Below are positions 1-9,764 of a DNA stretch of 64,000 nt, piece by piece. Made by a program: the position numbers and the translations under genes. How positions within the stretch are numbered: position 1 is the stretch's first letter; each line of letters opens with the position of its first letter. The DNA is from an uncultured Candidatus Saccharibacteria bacterium (lineage in GTDB: Bacteria; Patescibacteriota; Minisyncoccia; Phycocordibacterales; WO2-35-19): contig CAZAXK010000001.1 in assembly GCA_964489135.1 (NCBI GenBank), positions 20,615-84,614 of the forward strand, read 5' to 3'. Under the pieces are notes generated by a model. The model made no database searches and had not been told where the DNA came from. It was given only the letters and a program-made list of their open reading frames with translations.

Positions 1-1
1 G

Positions 2-985
2 CTCGGATCGATACCCGCTAGAGCCCAAGATGTTATCTCGGGCAGGTTTGGTCTAAACCAGACTGGCGAAGAGATGACTCTCGAAGCCATCGGCAAGAAA
101 TACGGCATCACCCGCGAAAGAGTACGCCAAATCGAGAATTATGCCGTAAGCCACATCAGAAAGAGTGACCAATATGAGAAAGAAAAGTCCGCCTTTGACG
201 AGCTCAAAACAACTATCAAAAGAATGGGTGGCGTAATTGCTGAGGAAGATCTTCTTGAAAGTCTCGCTCGCGATATCGCTACAAAAAAGTGTATTCATTT
301 CATGCTAGTAGTCGGGGACGATTTCAATAAGATAAAGGAAGATGCTGAGTTCAAACACCGCTGGCACATCGATATAGAGCTTTCTGGTCGCATTCACGAA
401 GCGTTGCAAAACCTGTATCAGAAATTGGGAGACGATGAAATTATTCCTGAATCAGAAATCATTTCTTCTTTCCTTGAGCACTTGAAGGATGTCTCCGACG
501 ATTACAAAGAGGACGAAATCTTGACCCGCTGGCTCGCCATGTCAAAGAACATCGGCAAGAACCCACTCGGCGAATGGGGCAAGTCCGGCTCTTCCAACAT
601 CAAGACCAAGGGCGTGCGTGATTACGCATACCTTATACTCCGCAAACACGGATCTCCAATCCACTTCCGCGAAGTAGCTAAGCTCATTGGCGAAGTATTC
701 AAGAAGAAGGCCCATGTCGCAACTACCCACAACGAGCTCATCAAGGATGATCGATTTGTACTCGTCGGTCGTGGCCTCTATGCACTCAAAGAGTGGGGCT
801 ACCAAACTGGCGTTGTCCGCGATGTGATCAAGGACATATTGAAGAAACACGGCCCTCTCTCAAAAGAGAAGATTATTGAGCAAGTGCTCAAAGAAAGATA
901 CGTCAAAGAAAATACAATTCTGGTTAATCTCCAGAACCCAAAGTTTTTCAAGAAGAACAAGCAGGGTTTTTACACTGCTGTCTAG
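2..985 (+). CDS. Sigma70 region-4-like HTH plus C-terminal HARE-HTH (RNAP delta-like) protein; 5' end lies outside the window
   Basis: TLEAIGKKYGITRERVRQIE is a region 4.2 HTH. The C-terminal PIHFREVAKLI...TTHNELIKDDRFVLVGRGLYAL resembles HARE-HTH. The frame is open back to position 2. Confidence 0.75.
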   Translation, partial: LGSIPARAQDVISGRFGLNQTGEEMTLEAIGKKYGITRERVRQIENYAVSHIRKSDQYEKEKSAFDELKTTIKRMGGVIAEEDLLESLARDIATKKCIHFMLVVGDDFNKIKEDAEFKHRWHIDIELSGRIHEALQNLYQKLGDDEIIPESEIISSFLEHLKDVSDDYKEDEILTRWLAMSKNIGKNPLGEWGKSGSSNIKTKGVRDYAYLILRKHGSPIHFREVAKLIGEVFKKKAHVATTHNELIKDDRFVLVGRGLYALKEWGYQTGVVRDVIKDILKKHGPLSKEKIIEQVLKERYVKENTILVNLQNPKFFKKNKQGFYTAV

Positions 986-1018
986 CGTTAAATTTGCATA
1001 ATGGGTTATAATTGATCC

Positions 1019-2278
1019 ATGTTTGGAATTCCAATAGTGATTTGGGAGAATCTGTGGCTCGCCTTCAAAATTGTTTGGAAACTTGCCCCCATTTGGCTCC
1101 CTTTGGCTTTTGTGGTGGCTGCCGCCAAGGCATGGCTTGCGTACAAGCGAGCTGATTATTGGAACAACAAGCTTGGTTCCTTGGTACTCGAGATCAAACT
1201 CCCGCGCGACGTCTTTAAGTCGCCTCTAGCAATGGAGCTCGTCTTAAACCAGCTACATCAGACCGCGGATGAAGGCAACAACTATTTCAAGTATTGGAAG
1301 GGTCAGACCAGAAGCTGGTTCTCACTCGAGCTCGTCTCTTTCGGCGGGGAGATACATTTTTATATTTGGACCAGAAAGAAATACCGCAACGGCCTCGAGG
1401 CCTACCTTTACTCGCAATACCCCGGCGTCGAAGTGCGTGAGGTCGAAGACTATACCAAAAACTACTATTACGACCCGAACCAGCACAAGTTGTTTGCTTG
1501 TCAGTGGAAACTAGATGACCCAGACCCATATCCGATCAGCACCTATGTAGATTACGGCTTGGACAAGGACCCCAAAGAAGAGTACAAGATCGACCCGATG
1601 ACAAGCCAGCTCGAGTTCCTTGGTACTTTGCGCAAAGGCCACACGATTTGGATACAGATCATTGTGCGTGCTCACAAGAAGGAAAAAAGACTTTTGCCTA
1701 TCAACAAATGGTTTAGTGAATTTGCTCTGTTCGAGGAAGTCGACTCATGGAAGGCAGATGCCAAGGCGGAAATAGATAAAATCAGAAAAGCGCTACAGCC
1801 AGAAGGTAACACCTTCCCACGCCTCGCCACTAAGGGCGAGCAAGACAAGATGGCGGCTCTTGAACGCAGTATTGGTAAGCTCGGATTTGATGTAACCATA
1901 CGCTCTCTTTATTTTGCAAAAAAAGAAGAATATGACGCCGTCTATTTGGGTGGAATGCTCGGTAGCTTCAAGCAATACTCAGCTCTCGGCTACAATAGCT
2001 TCAAGGGTGCTGGCTGGAGCAGTACTTATAGCAACCCACCCAAAGACTGGTGGAAGCCAGATCAAGCAACACTCCTGAAGCGTGCTTTTGATGAATACAA
2101 GCTTCGCCGATTCTTCTTCTCGCCATATCGAGGCAAGTGGTATTACAGCGAACCTTTCGTCCTGAATTCCGAAGAGTTGGCCACGATCTACCACCTACCA
2201 GGGGCCGTCGCCGGCACACCAACGCTCGACCGAGTACCTTCGCGCAAGGTCGATGCTCCTTACAATCTGCCTATATGA
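1019..2278 (+). CDS. Conserved CPR-type membrane-anchored hypothetical protein
   Basis: 419-aa ORF with an N-terminal TM segment and FSLELVS...YSQYP and ELATIYHLP motifs recalled from CPR proteins. TATAAT lies 6 nt upstream. Confidence 0.65.
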   Translation: MFGIPIVIWENLWLAFKIVWKLAPIWLPLAFVVAAAKAWLAYKRADYWNNKLGSLVLEIKLPRDVFKSPLAMELVLNQLHQTADEGNNYFKYWKGQTRSWFSLELVSFGGEIHFYIWTRKKYRNGLEAYLYSQYPGVEVREVEDYTKNYYYDPNQHKLFACQWKLDDPDPYPISTYVDYGLDKDPKEEYKIDPMTSQLEFLGTLRKGHTIWIQIIVRAHKKEKRLLPINKWFSEFALFEEVDSWKADAKAEIDKIRKALQPEGNTFPRLATKGEQDKMAALERSIGKLGFDVTIRSLYFAKKEEYDAVYLGGMLGSFKQYSALGYNSFKGAGWSSTYSNPPKDWWKPDQATLLKRAFDEYKLRRFFFSPYRGKWYYSEPFVLNSEELATIYHLPGAVAGTPTLDRVPSRKVDAPYNLPI

Positions 2279-3402
2279 TGAATTTTCTTGCTACACTTGC
2301 GCGTTTCTTGCATCTGAGAAGTGCAAAAGTTCGACTGACCGATCCGATCAAAGACCGAGTTTTGTATTTGCGCGACCGGATGGCCATTCATCCGGAAGTT
2401 ATCGTCTTACGTTTACGCTTGCTCAAACTATTCGCGCCCCTAGGCAATCACTTCTTCAAGATTCTTCTGGTTCTTGCTTTAATCATTCCTTTCTATACCA
2501 GCTTTTATATTTTCTCTTGGCGAGCACCAAGTGACTTTCCCGAGCATGCGTTGGTCACGGTAGGCAGAGGAGACAGCTTTGGCCAAATTGCCGAGGCATT
2601 CGAAAAAGCTCATGTAGTAAGGTCGGCTTCGTGGCTCAAATTCTTCGTCCGTATTACTGGTGGCGACCGGCGGGTGGTCACCGGAGATTATTATTTCCCA
2701 GAGCCGGTCAGCTTATTCCGAGTTATCCGCGTTCTCCACAAAGGAGAATTTGGGCTGATCGCAGAAAGAGTTACCTTGCATGAAGGTCTAAATTCTTTTG
2801 AGATGGCGGAGATCTTGAGCCAGTCGTTACCAGCCTTCGCAAAAGAAGAATTTTTGAAGGAAGTGACAGACAATGGTTATGAGGGCACCCTCTTTCCTGA
2901 CACCTATTTCTTTATGCCCAATACAAGACCCAAGGACATTATTCTAGCGATGCGAGAGAATTTTGCTCGCCAAATAAAGCCCTACGAGGAAGACATCGCA
3001 AAATCCGGTAAGACCCTGCAAGACCTGATAATCATGGCCTCCATAATAGAAGACGAGGCAAATAAAAATATTGAATCGAGAAGAATCGTCTCTGGTATTT
3101 TATGGAAGCGGATCCAGAAAGGAATGCCTCTACAAGTTGATGCGCCGTTCAAGTATTACAACGGCAAACATTCTTACACCCTTACCGCCGAAGATTTGAA
3201 AGAAGACCACCCTTACAATACCTATGTTCGCAAAGGCTTGCCCCCGACCCCGATCGACAACCCGAGCATCGATTCTATTCGCGCCGCGATTGCCCCAACT
3301 CACACCGACTATTTGTATTTTATGTCTGACAAACAAGGCAACATGTACTACGCCAAGGATTTTGAGGGCCACCAAGCCAATAGAGAAAAGTACTTGCGCT
3401 AG
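2275..3402 (+). CDS. mltG: Endolytic transglycosylase MltG
   Basis: EGTLFPDTY, ASIIEDE, LQVDA, PYNTY..KGLPPTPI motifs. Start placed at the ATGA overlap with the upstream stop. Confidence 0.9.
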   Translation: MMNFLATLARFLHLRSAKVRLTDPIKDRVLYLRDRMAIHPEVIVLRLRLLKLFAPLGNHFFKILLVLALIIPFYTSFYIFSWRAPSDFPEHALVTVGRGDSFGQIAEAFEKAHVVRSASWLKFFVRITGGDRRVVTGDYYFPEPVSLFRVIRVLHKGEFGLIAERVTLHEGLNSFEMAEILSQSLPAFAKEEFLKEVTDNGYEGTLFPDTYFFMPNTRPKDIILAMRENFARQIKPYEEDIAKSGKTLQDLIIMASIIEDEANKNIESRRIVSGILWKRIQKGMPLQVDAPFKYYNGKHSYTLTAEDLKEDHPYNTYVRKGLPPTPIDNPSIDSIRAAIAPTHTDYLYFMSDKQGNMYYAKDFEGHQANREKYLR

Positions 3403-3439
3403 CAAGATTTATCAATTTTTTCTGCTATAGTGTGAATCT

Positions 3440-4513
3440 ATGAAGAAGGTTTTTGTTGGATTATCTGGCGGCGTAGATTCGGCCGTTTCTGCCGGTCTTC
3501 TAAAAGAGGCCGGTTTTGACGTGACTGGAGTTTTTATCAAGGCTTGGACCCCCGATGGCTACCCCTGTACATGGAAGGAAGACCGACGTAGTGCAATGCG
3601 AGCTGCAGCGGTGCTTGATATTCCTTTTCACACTCTCGACCTAGAGAAGGAGTACAAACGCGATGTGGTGGACTATATGATCAGAGAATACAAAAACGGA
3701 CGTACTCCAAATCCGGATGTGATGTGCAACAAAGAAATAAAATTCGGCGGATTTTTGAAGTGGGCAAGAGAGCAGGGTGCAGACTTTGTCGCCACGGGAC
3801 ACTACGCACAACGTGCTCCCTCCCCTGATCAAGGGGAGGGTGGGGTGGGGTTAAAGGAAGGGGCGGACAAGAACAAGGATCAGACCTATTTTCTTTGGAC
3901 CTTGAGTCAGGATCAATTGCGGCACACGCTTTTTCCAATCGGACATTTGCAAAAAAGTGAGGTGCGCAAATTGGCCGAAAAATTCGGCCTACCGCAAGCC
4001 ACTCGCAAAGATAGTCAGGGATTATGTTTCTTGGGGCAGATCGACATGAAAGAATTTCTCCATGATTTTATCGACTCAAAGGAAGGTAAGGTTCTCGATC
4101 TAACAGGTCAAGAGATTGGTAGCCACGACGGAGCAGTGCTTTATACTTTGGGCGAGCGACACGGGCTTAGGATCTTTAACCAGACAGACCAAAGCAAGCC
4201 GTTTTATGTGGTAAGCAAAGATATCAAGAGCAACACCATCACCGTGGCACCCCAACCTACATTTCCTGCAGCGGACATCACGCACACCTACCAACTCGAA
4301 CAGATCAATTGGATATCTGGTAAGCCACCACGAGAGAATATTGAATGTCGCTACCGTTATCGACAGCCCAAAATACCCTGTCGGGTAAACGGCGACACAG
4401 TAACATTTGAATCCCCACAACTTATCGCCTCGGGGCAATCGATTGTCTTCTACCTGCCAAAGCAAGGGCAAGACGGGGATGAAATCTGCCTAGGAGGAGC
4501 GATTATTTCGTGA
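3440..4513 (+). CDS. mnmA: tRNA 2-thiouridylase MnmA
   Basis: SGGVDS, TPNPDVMCN, ATGHYA, KDQTYFL, DSQGLCF motifs. Confidence 0.97.
   Translation: MKKVFVGLSGGVDSAVSAGLLKEAGFDVTGVFIKAWTPDGYPCTWKEDRRSAMRAAAVLDIPFHTLDLEKEYKRDVVDYMIREYKNGRTPNPDVMCNKEIKFGGFLKWAREQGADFVATGHYAQRAPSPDQGEGGVGLKEGADKNKDQTYFLWTLSQDQLRHTLFPIGHLQKSEVRKLAEKFGLPQATRKDSQGLCFLGQIDMKEFLHDFIDSKEGKVLDLTGQEIGSHDGAVLYTLGERHGLRIFNQTDQSKPFYVVSKDIKSNTITVAPQPTFPAADITHTYQLEQINWISGKPPRENIECRYRYRQPKIPCRVNGDTVTFESPQLIASGQSIVFYLPKQGQDGDEICLGGAIIS
3818..3852 (+). repeat. REP-like palindrome inserted in frame in mnmA
   Basis: CCCTCCCCT-gatca-AGGGGAGGG followed by TGGGGTGGGGTT; encodes PSPDQGEGGVG. Confidence 0.6.
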
Positions 4514-4555
4514 TAATTTTGTAATATTTTCGTTGTATTTCGCATGATTTTCGTA
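4505..4555. repeat. Degenerate tandem ATTTCGT-type repeats
   Basis: About five copies of (A)TTTT/CGT at roughly 10-11 nt spacing; similar tracts at 16112-16150 and 21662-21716. Confidence 0.5.
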
Positions 4556-4567
4556 TAAGATGACTTC

Positions 4568-5404
4568 ATGCAAGATAACATCCTAATAACCAAAGCGACC
4601 GGCGAGCGCGAACCGTTCGATCCGGACAAGCTAAGGCAGTCTCTAACTCGTGCTCATGCTCCCAAAGAAGTAACCGAGAGAATACTTGAGAGAATTTTGC
4701 TCGGCCTCAAAGACGGGATGACCACGAAAGACATTTACACTCACGCCTTTGAGCTTCTAGCAAGCGAACACAAACCGACAGCGGTGCGATACTCTCTACG
4801 CAAAGCGCTACTTGCCATGGGCCCAACTGGATTTCCTTTTGAAAAACTGATTTCGGAAATTCTACGGGTAAAAGGTTACGAGACAACGACCGAATTTACC
4901 GCCCTCGGCCGATGCGTCGAACACGAGATCGACATCACAGCATGGAACGACGAGAAGCTTATAATGATAGAGGCCAAATTCCACAACGAATACGGTTTGA
5001 AGTCGGACCTCAAGACAGTGCTCTATGTTGATTCGCGTTGGGACGACGTACGGGAGAAGGAGTTTGATTTTGGACACAAAAGGAAGCTCGACGAGGGCTG
5101 GCTCGTGACCAACACCAAATTTACCGATCAAGCCATCAAATACGCTAAGTGCAAAAACATGAAGCTCATTGGTTGGGGCTATCCGAAGGAGGGAAATCTC
5201 CAAGACTTGATCGAGGAAACAGGTCTTCACCCCATAACAGTGCTTAACACCTTACGTCTTGAGGAACAGAGAGAACTCATGGCTCTCGGCCTTATTCATA
5301 TTTTGCAGATCAAAGAGAACCCCGATGTTGCCAGACAGGTCATCCGAAGTAGCGACGCTCTCTCTGCAACTCTCAGCGAAATAGATTTGATACTAGGAGT
5401 ATAA
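4568..5404 (+). CDS. ATP-cone domain fused to an Mrr-like restriction endonuclease domain
   Basis: N-terminal ITKATGEREPFDPDKL (ATP cone); EIDI...IEAKFH (PD-(D/E)XK) and VTNTKFT. Confidence 0.8.
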   Translation: MQDNILITKATGEREPFDPDKLRQSLTRAHAPKEVTERILERILLGLKDGMTTKDIYTHAFELLASEHKPTAVRYSLRKALLAMGPTGFPFEKLISEILRVKGYETTTEFTALGRCVEHEIDITAWNDEKLIMIEAKFHNEYGLKSDLKTVLYVDSRWDDVREKEFDFGHKRKLDEGWLVTNTKFTDQAIKYAKCKNMKLIGWGYPKEGNLQDLIEETGLHPITVLNTLRLEEQRELMALGLIHILQIKENPDVARQVIRSSDALSATLSEIDLILGV

Positions 5405-5409
5405 AGCTA

Positions 5410-6144
5410 ATGGCCTACTACAAGAAAAAACTTTATGACCCAGAGGCGAAGGAAGCTTTTCGAATAAGTCGATCCAAGATCGATTTGTTTTTACAATGTC
5501 CGCGCTGTTTTTACCTCGACCGACGCATCGGCGTCTCTCGACCTCAGGGATTCCCATTCAACCTCAATAGTGCGGTAGATATTTTGCTCAAAAAAGAATT
5601 CGACCTTCATCGCAAACAGCACACCCCGCACCCTCTTATGGAAAGCTACGGAGTGGACGCTGTGCCTTTCGAACACGAAATGATGGATACTTGGCGAGAC
5701 ACATTTAAGGGAGTGGAATATTTTCATGAGCCGACCAACTTCGTAGTCTTTGGAGGAGTAGACGATGTTTGGAAAAACGGAGACGGCGAACTCATCGTCG
5801 TAGACTACAAAGCTACTAGCAAAGATGGGGAAGTTGGGCTCGACGCTGAGTGGCAAGACGGATACAAACGACAAATGGAAGTGTATCAGTGGCTACTTTC
5901 GAAAAATGGATTCAAAGTAAGCAACACTGGATATTTCGTCTATGCCAATGGTCAACGCGACCGAGAAGCCTTTGACGGCAAGCTCGAGTTTGATATCAAG
6001 CTCATACCTTACGAGGGTAAACCTGATTGGATAGAAGACACACTCAAAGATATGAAAAAATGCTTGGATGGCGAGCTGCCAAAATCTAATCCAAATTGTG
6101 AGTATTGCGCATTTGTGAGGGATCGGATCAATGCCGAAAAATAA
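5410..6144 (+). CDS. PD-(D/E)XK nuclease family protein (RecB/AddB-like)
   Basis: CPRCFY, GGVDD...VVDYK, QMEVY and C-terminal CEYC. Confidence 0.85.
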   Translation: MAYYKKKLYDPEAKEAFRISRSKIDLFLQCPRCFYLDRRIGVSRPQGFPFNLNSAVDILLKKEFDLHRKQHTPHPLMESYGVDAVPFEHEMMDTWRDTFKGVEYFHEPTNFVVFGGVDDVWKNGDGELIVVDYKATSKDGEVGLDAEWQDGYKRQMEVYQWLLSKNGFKVSNTGYFVYANGQRDREAFDGKLEFDIKLIPYEGKPDWIEDTLKDMKKCLDGELPKSNPNCEYCAFVRDRINAEK

Positions 6145-6160
6145 TTTGGAGAATGAAGTA

Positions 6161-6249
6161 AAAACGGGATGTCCTCTGAGAAAAGTCTGGCCTCAGAGAG
6201 TTCGTCTCTGAGGAGACCCGAGGACTTTTGGAAGAGGATATCCCGTTTT
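6161..6249. repeat. 89-nt nested inverted repeat (MITE/REP-like long hairpin)
   Basis: AAAACGGGATGTCCTCT/AGAGGATATCCCGTTTT, AAAAGTC/GACTTTT, CCTCAGAGA/TCTCTGAGG. Confidence 0.7.
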
Positions 6250-6263
6250 AGATAAATATATAG

Positions 6264-6515
6264 ATGAAATCATTTAAAGAAAAAGTTTTTGAGGTAGTGA
6301 GGAAAATACCGAAAGGTAAGACTTTGACCTACAAGCAAGTGGCAGAGAAAGCGGGTTCGGCTAAAGCATTTAGAGCAGTCGGTAATATTTTGAATGGGAA
6401 CTTTAATCCAAAGATACCTTGCCATAGAGTAGTAAGGAGCGATGGTAAACCGGGAGGATATAATAGGGGAGCGGAACAAAAAATAAAAGTATTAAAAAAA
6501 GAAAAAGCGATATGA
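6264..6515 (+). CDS. MGMT-family O6-alkylguanine-DNA alkyltransferase (single domain)
   Basis: IPKGKTLTYKQVA, RAVG and the active-site PCHRV. Confidence 0.9.
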   Translation: MKSFKEKVFEVVRKIPKGKTLTYKQVAEKAGSAKAFRAVGNILNGNFNPKIPCHRVVRSDGKPGGYNRGAEQKIKVLKKEKAI

Positions 6516-7147
6516 AAAAGTTAGACACAGCAGAAGATAGAAGAGAAGAGATGAAAAAGATTCGCGACGAGGTAGTCGCGCTTAAAGAGTCGCCACTATA
6601 CAAATTTCGAGTAGAGAGCAAAAACTTGCCGGTGATAGGCGAAGGGAGTCATTTCGCAAAAATTATGTTCGTAGGCGAAGCGCCAGGGAGAAACGAGGCA
6701 AAGACCGGTCGACCTTTTTGCGGAGCTGCGGGCAAAATACTTGATTGGCTTTTGGAAGGCGCAGGTATCAAAAGAGAAGAAGTGTACGTCACAAATATTG
6801 TGAAAGATCGCCCACCCCAAAACCGCGACCCATTGCCCGAGGAGATACAAATATACGGGCCATTCCTCGATCGACAAATCGAGATCATACAACCCCAAGT
6901 GATAGCGACCCTAGGGCGCTACGCCATGGGCTACATCATGCAAAAGTTTGACCTCTCGCTCGAACTCGAGCCGATAGGCAAAGCACACGGCAAAACTTAT
7001 GCAGTGCCCCGCGAAGCTTTAGCGAAGTGGGGATGGCAAGACCGCGAGATCAAAATAATCCCTCTCTACCACCCAGCAGTCGCCGTATACAACTCCCACA
7101 CCAAAGACATCCTCGCCAAAGACTTCCAAATTTTGAAAAATATTTAA
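6512..7147 (+). CDS. Uracil-DNA glycosylase, family 4
   Basis: GEAPG, GRPFCGAAG, RPPQNRDP, YHPA motifs. Confidence 0.92.
   Translation: MKKLDTAEDRREEMKKIRDEVVALKESPLYKFRVESKNLPVIGEGSHFAKIMFVGEAPGRNEAKTGRPFCGAAGKILDWLLEGAGIKREEVYVTNIVKDRPPQNRDPLPEEIQIYGPFLDRQIEIIQPQVIATLGRYAMGYIMQKFDLSLELEPIGKAHGKTYAVPREALAKWGWQDREIKIIPLYHPAVAVYNSHTKDILAKDFQILKNI
7007..7032 (+). repeat. Palindromic repeat inserted in frame in the UDG gene
   Basis: CCCCGC-GAA-GCTTTAGC-GAA-GTGGGG; encodes PREALAKWG. Confidence 0.55.
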
Positions 7148-7170
7148 CGTACCTATAAATGAGCAAGGTA

Positions 7171-7206
7171 CTGCGACAAATCTGACGGCCGTCAAATCTG
7201 TCGCAG
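7171..7206. repeat. Imperfect palindrome between convergent genes (REP-like or terminator)
   Basis: CTGCGACAAATCTGACGG/CCGTCAAATCTGTCGCAG; no U-tract. Confidence 0.55.
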
Positions 7207-7222
7207 GTATTGAAGAGAATAT

Positions 7223-8491
7223 TTAGACCGAGAGGATTTTGCGGAATCTCTCTTCGTCTTGGTATTTGCCGACAATGGCGAGATTGAGGCGTTTGTTTTG
7301 AATTATTTCTTTGGCCACTTTCTGAATATCGCTTGCGGTGATCTTCTCGATCTCCTTCTCCATTTCCTTCGGCGATTTTATTTCTTCACGCAGAATTTCC
7401 TGGAAGCCGTAGAAGTCAGCCAAGCTGTCCGACGATTCGAGCCCGAGGTAGAGATTGCCAATGATGTAGTCCTTGGCTTTGCGTAATTCCTCACTTGGAA
7501 TTTTTTCATCCCTAATCCTCTTGAGCTCACCCAGTATGGCTTTGATACCTTCTTCTACCCGAGTAGAATCGACACCAGCCGAAACGCAAAGCGATCCGTG
7601 ATCGGTAAAGGCGTCGTTGCCCGACCGAACATAGTAGCAGATGCCGAGCTCCTCTCGCATCTTCTGAAAGAGTCGCGAGCTCATCCCGCCACCCAAGACA
7701 GTGCTCAGAACTTTGAGGGCTGTGTTCTTTTTGCTATATACGTTGTAGGATCGTACGCCGATTATGAGGTGAGTTTGGTCGGTTTCTTTGTATTTGAGCT
7801 TTACTTCCGGCTTGGTCTGAACTTCTTTGACCTTGGTTTTCTTTTTATTTTTTGTTATAGGAATTTCCTTGAATGCTTCCGCGACTTTCTTGAAAATTTT
7901 GGCGGATTGCACTTTGCCCGCGACGACGATCGTGGTCGCTTCGGCGGTGTAATGCTCTCGTCGATACTTTACAAAATCCTCGCGTCCGAAAGAACGCACA
8001 TTGGCCGGTGTGCCAGCAATGCTGCGTCCGGCCGGCTGATCACCAAAAAGCAGTTCCGCATAGACATCATAAACGCTGCGATGAGGCAGGTCCTCATACA
8101 TATTTATTTCCTCCACGATCACACCTTTCTCTTTTTCCAAATCTTCGACGGGGAAAGTCGGGTTGAGATACATGTCGGCAATAATGTCGAGCAGTTTGTC
8201 GGTATGCTTGGGGTGAGCTTTGGCCCAATAGCCGGTAACTTCTTGGCTAGTAAAGGCGTTGTTCTGCGCGCCGAGCGAATCGAATTCTCTCGATATGTCG
8301 ATCGCTTTCGGGCGCTTCACCGTACCCTTGAAGCACATGTGCTCAAGAAAGTGCGATATCCCGTTCTCTTCCTTTTTCTCATATTCCGAGCCGGCCTCTA
8401 CTAAGCTCATGACGGTTACCGATGGCGCGTCGGCGATGGGTACCACGATAATTCTCATCCCATTTTTGAGCACTTTTTTGTTGTATTTCAT
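7223..8491 (-). CDS. M16 (pitrilysin-family) zinc peptidase
   Basis: HFLEH inverzincin motif, NAFTS, SSRLFQKMRE. Start set at MKYNKK. Confidence 0.93.
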   Translation of the reverse strand: MKYNKKVLKNGMRIIVVPIADAPSVTVMSLVEAGSEYEKKEENGISHFLEHMCFKGTVKRPKAIDISREFDSLGAQNNAFTSQEVTGYWAKAHPKHTDKLLDIIADMYLNPTFPVEDLEKEKGVIVEEINMYEDLPHRSVYDVYAELLFGDQPAGRSIAGTPANVRSFGREDFVKYRREHYTAEATTIVVAGKVQSAKIFKKVAEAFKEIPITKNKKKTKVKEVQTKPEVKLKYKETDQTHLIIGVRSYNVYSKKNTALKVLSTVLGGGMSSRLFQKMREELGICYYVRSGNDAFTDHGSLCVSAGVDSTRVEEGIKAILGELKRIRDEKIPSEELRKAKDYIIGNLYLGLESSDSLADFYGFQEILREEIKSPKEMEKEIEKITASDIQKVAKEIIQNKRLNLAIVGKYQDEERFRKILSV

Positions 8492-8541
8492 AGAGAGAAG
8501 AATAATTGAAAGTACCTGCATAATCAAGTATATTTACCTCT

Positions 8542-9756
8542 ATGTATACACCATCAAAAAAGGTTTTGGAACGCTATGCGGACGTCTTAGTAAACTTCGC
8601 CCTCGCCGACGGCAAAGGTATAAAGAAAGGCGACGTGGTGCAGGTAACAGCCTCCGAATCAGCGAAGCCGTTGTACGCCGAGATCCTGCGGGCTATCTGG
8701 AAAGCCGGGGGGCACGTTGTCGGCCGATACCAGCCCGACAATGAGAAGTGGTTCCGCTTCGACCGAGAATTCTTCGAGCTCGCCGAGAGCGAGCAGGTTG
8801 AGTTCTTTCCCGCCAAGCTCATGCGTGGACAAATCGACGAGGTAGATCACTCTATTTACGTTATTTCCGAAACCGACAAAAAGTCGCTCCAAGGAGTCGA
8901 CCCCAAGAAAATTATGAAGCGAGGCCAAGCTTGGAAGCAAGCGATGGACTGGCGCAATGAGAAAGAAAACGCCGGCAAATTTACATGGACATTAGGTCTT
9001 TATGGTACCGAGGCGATGGCCAAGGAAGTCGGCATGACGCAGAAAGAATACTGGCAACAAATCATCAAGGCCTGCTTTTTGGACCAAGCCAATCCGGTCG
9101 CTGAATGGAAGAAGGTCTTCGCCCAAATCGAAACATACCGCCGTAAGCTCGACCGACTGCAAATCGAAAAGCTTCATGTCGAAGGGCCCGACGCCGACCT
9201 TTGGGTCAAGATAGGGGAGAAACGATCTTGGAAAGGCGGGAGTGGCAGGAATATTCCGAGCTTTGAAATATTTACTTCGCCCGACTGGCGCGGCACCAAT
9301 GGCTGGATCCGCTTCAACCAACCGCTCTATCGCTACGGCAACCTGATCACTGGTATCGAGCTCGAGTTCAAGGATGGCAAAGTGGTCAGAAGCAAGGCCA
9401 AAACCAACGAAAAGGTTTTGCAGGCCATGATCGCAACCGAAAATGCCGACAAGGTGGGCGAGTACTCGCTCACCGATCGCCGATTTTCTCGCATAACGAA
9501 ATTCATGGGCGAAACTTTGTACGACGAAAACGTTGGCGGACCGTTCGGCAACACCCACATCGCACTCGGCAACGCTTACCACGACTGCTTTGAAGGCGAC
9601 CCGAGCAAGGTGAGCAAGAAAGAGTGGGAGAAGCTTGGATACAACTCCTCCTCAGTCCATACCGACATCATCTCAACCGCTCCGCGCACCGTTACCGCCT
9701 ATCTCCCAAACGGTAAAACCAAAATAATTTATAAAGACGGCCAGTTCGTTTTGTAG
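8542..9756 (+). CDS. Aminopeptidase, M29 (AmpS/aminopeptidase T) family
   Basis: NIPSFEIFTSP, LYDEN, HIALGNAY, SSVHTD motifs. Confidence 0.9.
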   Translation: MYTPSKKVLERYADVLVNFALADGKGIKKGDVVQVTASESAKPLYAEILRAIWKAGGHVVGRYQPDNEKWFRFDREFFELAESEQVEFFPAKLMRGQIDEVDHSIYVISETDKKSLQGVDPKKIMKRGQAWKQAMDWRNEKENAGKFTWTLGLYGTEAMAKEVGMTQKEYWQQIIKACFLDQANPVAEWKKVFAQIETYRRKLDRLQIEKLHVEGPDADLWVKIGEKRSWKGGSGRNIPSFEIFTSPDWRGTNGWIRFNQPLYRYGNLITGIELEFKDGKVVRSKAKTNEKVLQAMIATENADKVGEYSLTDRRFSRITKFMGETLYDENVGGPFGNTHIALGNAYHDCFEGDPSKVSKKEWEKLGYNSSSVHTDIISTAPRTVTAYLPNGKTKIIYKDGQFVL

Positions 9757-9764
9757 AAAATAAG

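Noticed and set aside
2-985. A true sigma factor
   Set aside because: Only a region-4-like HTH is visible, placed near the N-terminus, and no region 2 is seen.
5410-6144. Cas4 of a CRISPR system
   Set aside because: No other cas genes and no repeat-spacer array anywhere in the window.
7598-8404. Long antisense ORFs (also 19914-20639, 46682-47389, 57029-57790)
   Set aside because: They are shadows of well-supported genes on the opposite strand and have no recognisable motifs.
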